Of a stretch of DNA of 64,000 nucleotides, positions 38,501-49,000 are shown piece after piece. Numbering within the stretch: the stretch's first letter is position 1; each line of letters begins with the position of its first letter. The position numbers were made by a program, and so were the translations under genes. The stretch covers positions 19,902,001 to 19,966,000 of the forward strand of contig CATNEN010000039.1 of assembly GCA_950097015.1 (NCBI GenBank), read 5' to 3'. This stretch comes from Macrostomum hystrix. Its lineage: Eukaryota > Animalia > Platyhelminthes. The notes beneath the pieces are model-generated. The model made no database searches. It was not told the DNA's origin and saw nothing but the letters and a program-made list of their open reading frames with translations.

Positions 38501-38730
38501 TTGACTCCGTCACCAGCCTGGCTATCGATCCCAACGGTCTCTACCTGGCGTCCGGCAGTCACGACGCCTCCGTCCGCATCTGGAGCCTGGACGATCCGCG
38601 CGCCTGCGTTCAGGAGATCGCCGCTCATCGTCGCAAATTTGACGAAGCTGTGCACGACGTCGCCCTGCATCCGACAAAGAGCCTGATGGCTAGCGCCGGA
38701 GCCGACGCTCTAGCTAAAGTCTTTGTTTAG
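26519..38730 (+). CDS. STRN: Striatin family protein (STRIPAK scaffold / PP2A B''' subunit) with C-terminal WD40 repeats
   Basis: Eight exons: 26519-26728, 29764-30102, 30536-30973, 31284-31703, 32162-32380, 33019-33336, 35506-35817, 38413-38730. Diagnostic N-terminus YSMPGVLHFLQTEW...ERAELQARIAFLQGERKGQENLK...IKMLEFALRQERAK, then RQYLQEIGF; WD40 repeats LRSHLDGVRAVAFHP...ASEDGTLKLWNL, MVAHLDSVTSLAIDPNG, AHRRKFDEAVHDVALHP...SAGADALAKVFV. Confidence 0.96.
27896..28176. mobile_element. hAT-type MITE (281 bp)
   Basis: Perfect 14-bp TIR CATACATGCGCAAC/GTTGCGCATGTATG; perfect 8-bp TSD ATGCCAAC (27888-27895 and 28177-28184); internal GCGACTTAG repeats. Confidence 0.9.
28605..28956 (-). mobile_element. 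Full-length tRNA-derived SINE, family A
   Basis: Minus strand: head GGGGTCAGTGGCAGAGTGGTTAACGCG (A box), GTTCGATTCC (B box), (TTA)n tail; perfect 14-bp TSD CTAGTTTGATCTTA (28591-28604 and 28957-28970). Confidence 0.93.
30210..30452 (+). mobile_element. tRNA-derived SINE, family B
   Basis: B-box GGTTCGATTCC and core shared with 6208-6325; 3' part TAGCTGCGGCTGTGCTGTAGGCTGCAC shared with 63720-63760. Confidence 0.78.
31151..31262. repeat. 21-bp tandem repeat TTGAAGATATTGACATGGTAT, ~4-5 copies
   Basis: Tandem array in striatin intron 3. Confidence 0.88.
31711..32132. repeat. Minisatellite GGGATCTGGCTGTATT(T), 16-17-bp unit
   Basis: Begins 7 bp after the donor at 31704 and fills striatin intron 4. 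Confidence 0.93.
32476..32981. repeat. Minisatellite, 16-bp unit ACTCATTCACACCCTG (contains TGACTCA)
   Basis: 16-bp periodicity in striatin intron 5. Confidence 0.96.
33395..35482. repeat. Minisatellite, 16-17-bp unit CATCAATCTCTATCCT(A)
   Basis: ~2.1-kb pyrimidine-rich array filling striatin intron 6. Confidence 0.96.
35861..36281. mobile_element. Possible MITE bounded by ~20-bp imperfect inverted repeats
   Basis: CTAGCAGTAGGACTATTGAG (35861-35880) vs CTTGGTAGTTCTACTGCTAG (36262-36281), 16/20 complementary. Confidence 0.5.
36283..38285. repeat. Minisatellite, 24-bp unit TCCCACTGTCTCATACCTATCAA(C/T), ~83 copies
   Basis: Highly homogeneous array in striatin intron 7; source of the 650-750 aa spurious ORFs. 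Confidence 0.98.
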
Positions 38731-39064
38731 AAACGCGTCATTTCTTCATTTATTACGAAGAGCAGTCTTTGTAGTTAATTTTTTGTTAGCGTATTTTTAA
38801 TCTATTATCGACCAAAGTGCATGAGTGCTGTGCCTGTGCTACTCGAATTTTTTCTTAGCCTCTCGGTGTTTTCAGGTGAGTAAAAATTAAATTGTTTTGT
38901 CATTCAGTGATTTGGTCATCCGGGCACTCATTGGGTCGCTTATCAAAATCGGTCATTTTATTCATTTTGTCATAATTAGGTCATAATTATTTGGTCATCA
39001 GCTTATTAATTTTAATGGTAATTTATACTTATTGAATGGTTCATAGTAATTAGGTGGCATGTTA

Positions 39065-40072
39065 AATAAGTCATTTAGTCATTAGAGCACTATATGAAGT
39101 AGGTCATTTGGTCATCAAGGGATTCAAGGCACTATTTGAAATGGGTCATTTGGTCATTAAGGAACTATTTGAAATGGGTCATTTGGTCATTCGGGCACTA
39201 TTTGAAATGGGTCATTTGGTCATTCGGGCACTATTTGAAATGGGTCATTTGGTCATTAAGGAACTATTTGAAATAGGTCATTTGGTCATTCGGGCACTAT
39301 TTGAAATGGGTCATTTGGTCATTCGGGCACTATTTGAAATGGTCATTTGGTCATTCGGGCACTATTTGAAATGGTCATTTGGTCATTCGGGCACTATTTG
39401 AAATGGGTCATTTGGTCATTCGGGCACTATTTGAAATGGGTCATTTGGTCATTAAGGAACTATTTGAAATGGGTCATTTGGTCATTCGGGCACTATTTGA
39501 AATGGGTCATTTGGTCATTCGGGCATTATTTGAAATGGGTCATTTGGTCATTCGGGCACTATTTGAAATGGTCATTTGGTCATTCGGGCACTATTTGAAA
39601 TGGGTCATTTGGTCATTAAGGCACTATTTGAAATGGGTCATTTGGTCATTCGGGCACTATTTGAAATGTTCATTTGGTCATAAAGGAACTATTTGAAATG
39701 GGTCATTTGGTCCTTAAGGCACTATTTGAAATGGGTCACTTGGCCATTAAGGAACTATTTGAAATGGGTCATTTGGTCATTAAGACACTATTTGAAATGG
39801 TCATTTGGTCATAAAGGAACTATTTGAAATGGGTCATTTGGTCCTTAAGGCACTATTTGAAATTGGTCATAAATTGATCATTAAGGCACTATTTGAAATT
39901 GGTCATAAATTGGTCAATAAGGCACTATTTGAAATGGGTCATTTGGTCATTCGGGCACTATTTGAAATGGGTCATTTGGTCATTCGGGCACTATTTGAAA
40001 TGGTCATTTGGTCATTCGGGCACTATTTGAAATGGTCATGCTGTCATTAAGGCACCATTTGAAATAGGTCAC
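39065..40072. repeat. Minisatellite, 33-bp unit GGTCATTTGGTCATTCGGGCACTATTTGAAATG
   Basis: Tandem array downstream of the striatin stop codon. Confidence 0.96.
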
Positions 40073-40713
40073 CTATCTCTGATAAATATTGTAGAATGTT
40101 TTTTACATTGTAACGTATTTTATTTCCACATCGCAGCACTGTCTGCTATCAATCATTTTGTCTGGCGCATGGTTACTAAAGTAATTAATAACGTTTCATA
40201 TTGCTTAACTCTGCGAAGTAGCTTTGCGTATCATTTTTTAAAACCAAAACTTAAAATTCTTGAGTTTGGCCAGTTCTGCGTAAAATACCTTAGCCGTGCT
40301 AAAACACTACTGGCCACGTTGAGTAGTATGATAATATTGAAAACTTTGTTATTCATTTTGTAAAAACACAGTTTTCTGAGTTGTTAAATTTAATTTCCCT
40401 AAAATTTTTTATCATATTTAGACTTAGAGAGACAAAGCGCGATTTTTTCTGCCCGAGAATATAAAACATAAGTTCTTGCTTTATAAAAAATTTTATTCGG
40501 CAAACCATGTTTTATATACCCTTGCTTAAACCTCAATTTTTGTTTATCTGCGTAGTTTTTATATTTTTTCCTATTTGTGTATATCTGCAAGCGTGGCATC
40601 GGATATGGGATTTGGGATATGGGATGTGGGATATTCGTTTTGCGGGCAGAATTATTTCGTCGGTTTATTTATTTTTTAGGTTACATTAATAATGAAGAAT
40701 CAAAAGGAAGAGA

Positions 40714-41108
40714 CGGTAGACTCAGGAGGGAGAGAAGGTAGACTCAGGAGGGAGAGAAGGTAGACTCAGGATGGAGAGAGGGTAGACTCAGGTGGGAGAG
40801 AGGATAGACTCAGGATAGAGAGAGGGTAGACTCAGGATGGAGAGAGGGTAGACTCAGGAGGGAGAGAGGATAGACTCAGGATAGAGAGAGGGTAGACTCA
40901 GGAGGGAGAGAGGATAGACTCAGGATAGAGAGAGGGTAGACTCAGGAGGGAGAAAGGATAGACTCAGGATAGAGAGAGGGTAGACTCAGGAGGGAGAGAG
41001 GTTAGACTCAGGAGGGAGAGAATGTAGACTCAGGAGGTTCAGAGGGTAGACTCGGGGGGTAGAGGGTAGACTCAGGGGGGTAGAGGGTAGACTCAGAAGG
41101 TTCAGAGG
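40714..41108. repeat. Minisatellite, ~22-bp unit GGTAGACTCAGGAGGGAGAGAG
   Basis: Tandem array. Confidence 0.93.
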
Positions 41109-41459
41109 TTAACAGGCCGTGTGGCCTCGTTTATACTTTGACATGTAAATCTGCAGCTCTCTGCCATTTTTTATTTCTATCCCCTGACCCCTTGCTTGGC
41201 ATGTCCGATTATATGAAAATATCGATTTTTCATGAGTTCTGTCTGCAGTCTTGCTTTTTTATTTCAATTTTCTCCAGCCGTGCTCGCTTATATTAAATAA
41301 AATAGTAGTCACCTTCAAACTAAACTAGTTTGAGCACAAATCGAAATCTAAGCGGCCATTGTGTATGCTTGCTTGAGATATAATATCAATATTATCCACT
41401 CGCCTATATGGCCTTGCCTATATTCTCAGTTTTTTACTGTTTTTTAAGAATTTATGTAC

Positions 41460-44334
41460 GTGACTCAGCCATGATCGTGAGCAGTAGTCTAGATGACTCA
41501 GCATTGATCGTGAACAGTAGCCTAGATGACTCAGCATTGATCGTGAGCAGTAGCCTAGATGACTCAGCATTGATCGTGAGCAGTAGCCTAGATGACTCAG
41601 CATTGATCGTGAGCAGTAGCCTAGATGACTCAGCATTGATCGTGAGCAGTAGCCTATATGACTCAGCATTGATCGTGAGCAGTAGCCTAGATGACTCAGC
41701 ATTGATCGTGAGCAGTAGCCTAGATGACTCAGCATTGATCGTGAGCAGTAGCCTAGATGACTCAGCATTGATCGTGAGCAGTAGCCTAGATGACTCAGCA
41801 TTGATCGTGAGCAGTAGCCTAAATGACTCAGCATTGATCGTGAGCAGTAGCCTAGATGACTCAGCATTGATCGTGAGCAGTAGCCTAGATGACTCAGCAT
41901 TGATCGTGAGCAGTAGCCTAGATGACTCAGCATTGATCGTGAGCAGTAGCCTAGATGACTCAGCATTGATCGTGAGCAGTAGCCTAGATGACTCAGCATT
42001 GATCGTGAGCAGTAGCCTAAATGACTCAGCAATGATCGTGAGCAGTAGCCTAGATGACTCAGCATTGATCGTGAGCAGTAGCCTAGATGACTCAGCATTG
42101 ATCGTGAGCAGTAGCCTAGATGACTCAGCATTGATCGTGAGCAGTAGCCTATATGACTCAGCATTGATCGTGAGCAGTAGCCTATATGACTCAGCATTGA
42201 TCGTGAGCAGTAGCCTATATGACTCAGCATTGATCGTGAGCAGTAGCCTATATGACTCAGCATTGATCGTGAGCAGTAGCCTATATGACTCAGCATTGAT
42301 CGTGAGCAGTAGCCTAAATGACTCAGCATTGATCGTGAGCAGTAGCCTATATGACTCAGCATTGATCGTGAGCAGTAGCCTAGATGACTCAGCATTGATC
42401 GTGAGCAGTAGCCTATATGACTCAGCATTGATCGTGAGCAGTAGCCTAAATGACTCAGCATTGATCGTGAGCAGTAGCCTATATGACTCAGCATTGATCG
42501 TGAGCAGTAGCCTAAATGACTCAGCATTGATCGTGAGCAGTAGCCTATATGACTCAGCATTGATCGTGAGCAGTAGCCTATATGACTCAGCATTGATCGT
42601 GAGCAGTAGCCTAGATGACTCAGCATCGATCGTGAGCAGTAGCCTAGATGACTCAGCATTGATCGTGAGCAGTAGCCTATATGACTCAGCATTGATCGTG
42701 AGCAGTAGCCTATATGACTCAGCATTGATCGTGAGCAGTAGCCTAGATGACTCAGCATCGATCGTGAGCAGTAGCCTAGATGACTCAGCATTGATCGTGA
42801 GCAGTAGCCTAGATGACTCAGCATTGATCGTGAGCAGTAGCCTATATGACTCAGCATTGATCGTGAGCAGTAGCCTAGATGACTCAGCATCGATCGTGAG
42901 CAGTAGCCTATATGACTCAGCATTGATCGTGAGCAGTAGCCTAGATGACTCAGCATCGATCGTGAGCAGTAGCCTAGATGACTCAGCATTGATCGTGAGC
43001 AGTAGCCTATATGACTCAGCATTGATCGTGAGCAGTAGCCTATATGACTCAGCATTGATCGTGAGCAGTAGCCTATATGACTCAGCATTGATCGTGAGCA
43101 GTAGCCTATATGACTCAGCATTGATCGTGAGCAGTAGCCTAAATGACTCAGCATTGATCGTGAGCAGTAGCCTATATGACTCAGCATTGATCGTGAGCAG
43201 TAGCCTAGATGACTCAGCATTGATCGTGAGCAGTAGCCTATATGACTCAGCATTGATCGTGAGCAGTAGCCTAAATGACTCAGCATTGATCGTGAGCAGT
43301 AGCCTATATGACTCAGCATTGATCGTGAGCAGTAGCCTAAATGACTCAGCATTGATCGTGAGCAGTAGCCTATATGACTCAGCATTGATCGTGAGCAGTA
43401 GCCTATATGACTCAGCATTGATCGTGAGCAGTAGCCTAGATGACTCAGCATCGATCGTGAGCAGTAGCCTAGATGACTCAGCATTGATCGTGAGCAGTAG
43501 CCTATATGACTCAGCATTGATCGTGAGCAGTAGCCTATATGACTCAGCATTGATCGTGAGCAGTAGCCTAGATGACTCAGCATCGATCGTGAGCAGTAGC
43601 CTAGATGACTCAGCATTGATCGTGAGCAGTAGCCTAGATGACTCAGCATTGATCGTGAGCAGTAGCCTAGATGACTCAGCATTGATCGTGAGCAGTAGCC
43701 TATATGACTCAGCATTGATCGTGAGCAGTAGCCTATATGACTCAGCATTGATCGTGAGCAGTAGCCTAAATGACTCAGCATTGATCGTGAGCAGTAGCCT
43801 AAATGACTCAGCATTGATCGTGAGCAGTAGCCTATATGACTCAGCATTGATCGTGAGCAGTAGCCTATATGACTCAGCATTGATCGTGAGCAGTAGCCTA
43901 GATGACTCAGCATCGATCGTGAGCAGTAGCCTAGATGACTCAGCATTGATCGTGAGCAGTAGCCTATATGACTCAGCATTGATCGTGAGCAGTAGCCTAT
44001 ATGACTCAGCATTGATCGTGAGCAGTAGCCTAGATGACTCAGCATCGATCGTGAGCAGTAGCCTATATGACTCAGCATTGATCGTGAGCAGTAGCCTAGA
44101 TGACTCAGCATCGATCGTGAGCAGTAGCCTAGATGACTCAGCATTGATCGTGAGCAGTAGCCTAGATGACTCAGCATTGATCGTGAGCAGTAGCCTAGAT
44201 GACTCAGCATTGATCGTGAGCAGTAGCCTAGATGACTCAGCATTGATCGTGAGCAGTAGCCTAGATGACTCAGCATTGATCGTGAGCAGTAGCCTAAATG
44301 ACTCAGCATCGATCGTGAGCAGTTGCCTAGATTC
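41460..44334. repeat. Minisatellite, 33-bp unit ATGACTCAGCATTGATCGTGAGCAGTAGCCTA(G/T/A), ~87 copies
   Basis: Very homogeneous array between the convergent STRN and MFSD2 3' ends; the ~960-980 aa ORFs are frame artefacts. Confidence 0.98.
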
Positions 44335-45479
44335 ACAAGACATTATGGAACGATAAAATAAAAGTCCAATAAATCCTCGAGTTTAATAGTAATTTTTTGT
44401 TCGCGTCAATAAAGCTAAATATTTATCAAGTTTGACAAAAAGTACAGGCCAACAGAACATGTAATATATAGAATTGTGCCATATTTGCATTTCTTTCATA
44501 TAAGACAAAACAATCTAGAATTATATTAGGCATTAAAGAAACAGTGATTTTTCTTTTTAGCTCAATTTTGAATAGACAAAGTGCGGCAAAAAAACGAAAG
44601 GTAACACAATATTTATCAATAAAAAATTATTAGAGCTCAGTAGAGAAATGCTATACATTAAGTAAGCAATGGAGATAATCTGGCTAGATTTTGTGAACCT
44701 TTACAAAGCTGTCACAATATACATAAATTGAACTGTTTTTTTAAATAAAGCAGCAACCAAAAGGACATGTATACAGGGTTCGTCTGAAAATAAGCAGACT
44801 ACTGACAGCATTTTAAGTAGTATAATAATATGGCGCCAATTCAAAACTTTATAAAAATTATGCAATCACAAACAAACTAAGGATTGTGTGGTACACTGGC
44901 TTTAACACCGTCAGGTAATAAATAATAAATAATAAAATAACTACTTTCATTTTATTGCACGACTTATAAATAAGGAAATCAGTTTGTCAAATTCGGGTGG
45001 ACCAGACCGAATTAAACAAGAGAAACTCAAGCGTTTGTATGGCAAGATAAAATTACAATTTGAAACGGAAAATTAACTAAGTAGTGGTGACACAATAATA
45101 ACTGCGCGCGGAAGAAAGCTTTACTAAATAGGATAGTACTTTCAACACTGGAAGAATCAGTAGCATCCGGATAGGTGAGTAGAATGGTAGCAAAGAAAAG
45201 TTAAAACTGTTTTATGTTCTAACAGTCGAAATTGTTCTAAAACCTGTTCTAACACGTTTAAACATATTCTAATATATTCTATCTAACATTTTTAAAAGAG
45301 AAATATTTTTTTAAACTAATATTACGGAGGAAGCGGAGAAACACAGAATAATTTAATCCGGTAATACAATTGTCAAGACTTCAACATTTAGATGAGATTC
45401 TAACACTTTGTATATTAATAATAATAATAATAATAATAATATGGATCTCATAGACTGTACATATAACTATAATTTAGAG

Positions 45480-46042
45480 CAGGGGTCGGCAAACTTATTA
45501 GCTAGCGGGCCAAATAGAGAAACTCAACCTCAAAGACGACAGCGGGCCGCATTGACTGTATAAGTATGAAATAGGGGATAGATAAGAAATGGGTGAGATG
45601 TAACAGGGGAGAGAGATACACGGGAGAGATAAGACACGGGAGAGATGAGAAATGGGTGAGACGAAACAGGGAAGAGACGATACACGGGAGAGATAAGACA
45701 CGGAAGAGATAAGACACGGGAGAGATAAGACACGGGAGAGATGAGATACGGGAGAGATGAGATACGGGAGAGATGAGATACGGGAGAGATGAGACACGGG
45801 AGAGATAAGACACGGTAGAGATAAGACACGGGAGAGATGAGACACGGGAGAGATGAGACACGGGAGAGATGAGACACGGGAGAGATGAGATACGGGAGAG
45901 ATGAGATACGGGAGAGATGAGTCGGGAGAGATGAGACCCGGAACTGTATACAACATTATAGGTGTTGGAAGGGGCAACGGGCCGGATTTGGGAGCTTCGA
46001 GGGCCGCATGTTGTCCCGCGGGCCGGAGTTTGCCGACCCCTG
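45480..46042. mobile_element. hAT-type MITE containing an internal 16-bp minisatellite
   Basis: Perfect 16-bp TIR CAGGGGTCGGCAAACT/AGTTTGCCGACCCCTG; subterminal GCGGGCC motifs; degenerate 8-bp TSD ATTTAGAG/GTTAAGAG. Confidence 0.88.
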
Positions 46043-46052
46043 GTTAAGAGTT

Positions 46053-49000
46053 TCAACACACAATACCTCCGGCGCTATCTGACGAGGCTGAATCAGCTGA
46101 CGACGAGTCTAAAGATAATCGACGCTTCTTCTTGTGCGACAATCGACAGTCGGGATCGGAGGCGCTGTCTGTGGAATCGGCGCAGCCGCTGTCGCCGACG
46201 GGGTTGAGACAGCAGCCGACAACAGCGATGCGCGAAGCGCCGCTGTTTGACGAATCTAAAGTGAGCGAAGACAGTGGCGCATTGTCCACGCCGGCGATAA
46301 TCGACGAAGTTGCCGGTGCAGCAAGTGGCTTGTCGGCCGACTCGGGCAGGCCAACTGGCGTCAACGAGCTCGCGGCGACAATGTTGACACAGCTGCTAGA
46401 GATTCCGTCTAGGGCGACATTGTTCGCGTCGGCGATTAGTTGGCGATCGATGCGACGCCTGCATGATGGGAAATTTGGATTAGGAAGGGATTATACTTAT
46501 ACATCAGGCAGAGGATTAGGTAGGGGTCAGACTATCAGAGAGAGGATTAAGAAGAGATTTGACTATCAGGGAGAGGATTAGGAAGAGATTTGACTTATCA
46601 GGGAGAAAAGATTAGGAAAAGATTAGACTATGATTAGGAAGATGATTAGGTAGGGGTCAGACTATCAGGGAGAGGATTAACAAGAAATAAGACAGTCAGT
46701 TAATGGATTAGACTGTCAGGACTGTCAGGATTGGAGAACAGAAAATGATTAACTAGATTATCGAGCGAATGACAGTTAAGCTGTTAAAATCGGCACTAGA
46801 CTTACCTATACTCAGGCGTAATAGGATACAGTTTGAGCACAAAGAAAGCGGCTAACACGAGCATTATTGGCAACGGTCCCATCATGACACGAAGTGCCAA
46901 ACCGACAGACTCTGGCTGCTGACAGGCGGGCGGTTGCCTGTAACCAGTGAGGTGCAGAGCCAACTGCAGGCAGGCCGTACTGATGCCAACAGCGAATTTG
47001 TTGAAGAACACGTACAGGCTGTAGAATGCGGCTTCATCGCGTCGGCCAGTTGCGATGGTATAGTCGTCGATAACATCGGGCAGCATTATCCAGGGCAGGA
47101 GCATGTTGATGCTAACGTAGCAACCGGCTACGACCATAGTGACATAGTACTGCGGCACGAATGCGTCTCTAAAGAGAGCGGCCTATTATTGAGCTTAGCG
47201 CTGCAATCGTCTTCTACTAGTAGCTACTCAAGTTCTACTACTGATATTCGCTATATATTCTACTAGAGATCGCGAACTTCTACTAATTTTCGCGTTTGGC
47301 AAATGGCACTCGACTTCTACTACTAGTGCACGTCTTCTACTACTAGAACACATCTTCTACAACTAGTACACGCCTTCTACTACTAGAACACGCCTTCTAT
47401 TACTAGTGCACGCCTTCTACTACTAGAACACGCCTTCTACTACTAGTGCACGCCTTCTACTACTAGAACACATCTTCTACTACTAGTGCACGTCTTCTAC
47501 TACTAGTACACGCCTTCTACTACTAGAACACATCTTCTACAACTAGTACACGCCTTCAACTACTAGAACACGCCTTCTACTACTAGAACACGCCTTCTAC
47601 TACTAGAACACATCTCCTACTACTAGTGCACGCCTTCTACTACTAGAACACATCTTCTACTACTAGTGCACGTCTTCTACTACTAGTGCACGTCTTCTAC
47701 TACTAGTACACGTCTTCTACTACTAGTGCACGTCTTCTACTACTAGTGCACGTCTTCTACTAGTAGTGCACGTCTTCTACTACTAGTGCACATCTTCTAC
47801 TTTTAGTGCACGTCTTCTACTACTAGTACACGCCTTCTACTACTAGAACACATCTTCTACAACTAGTACACGCCTTCAACTACTAGAACACGCCTTCTAC
47901 TACTAGAACACGCCTTCTACTACTAGAACACATCTCCTACTACTAGTGCACGTCTTCTACTACTAGTACACGTCTTCTACTACTAGTGCACGTCTTCTAC
48001 TACTAGTGCACGTCTTCTACTAGTAGTGCACGTCTTCTACTACTAGTGCACATCTTCTACTTTTAGTGCACGTCTTCTACTACTAGTACACGCCTTCTAC
48101 TACTAGAACACATCTTCTACAACTAGTACACGCCTTCAACTACTAGAACACGCCTTCTACTACTAGTGCACGCCTTCTACTACTAGAACACATCTTCTAC
48201 TACTAGTGCACGTCTTCTACTACTAGTACACGTCTTCTACTACTAGTGCACGTCTTCTACTACTAGTACACGTCTTCTACTACTAGTGCACGTCTTCTAC
48301 TACTAGTGCACGTCTTCTACTACTAGTACGTCTTCTACTACTAGTACTCGTCTTCTGCTTCTAGTACTCGTCTTCTAATACAAGTAATTGCGTTCTACTA
48401 CTAATACCCGAGTTCTACTACTAGTACTCGAATTATAATACGAGTAGCATCTTGTAATTTAATGTACTAGAAAACTTTTTCTAATACTAGTAGCTACTCG
48501 TACTGTAACTACAACTACTCGTTTCCTAATAATGATCTGGTTGCACTACTACTCCAAATTGTACTCACCTAGCCGGGCACAGGGTAGCAGAGATGCACAC
48601 AGGCAAGATGAGGAACAATCCAACAAAGTACACACGCTTCTTTCCTAGGCGTTTAATCAAACCGAAGACCATCGGCGTAGCCAAAATAGCCGTTGTCATG
48701 ACGATAGCGATAGCGTATTTCAAATGCGGCTTCATATTCAAACTGTAGATAGTGTACAATGCCAAGCTGTTCTGTACAGTCTGAATAGCCAGCGAGCTAA
48801 GCATGAAGGTTAGCATCAGAAGCAGATAAGATCGATGCTTTAAACAGCGTTGAAATGTAAGATACAATCCGTCCGGTTCAACGACAGTTCTCGGCTTAAT
48901 TCTGCCCGTATTAGACACCTCCTTGGTGCCGAAGAAGCCGATAATGCCGCACAAGAGTACAACGGCCGAGATAATGCCGGCGCCAATCCGATAGCGAGCC

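Noticed and set aside
41408-44356. ~960-980 aa ORFs in three frames
   Set aside because: Pure translations of a 33-bp tandem unit (a multiple of 3, stop-free), open on both strands, with no domain content.
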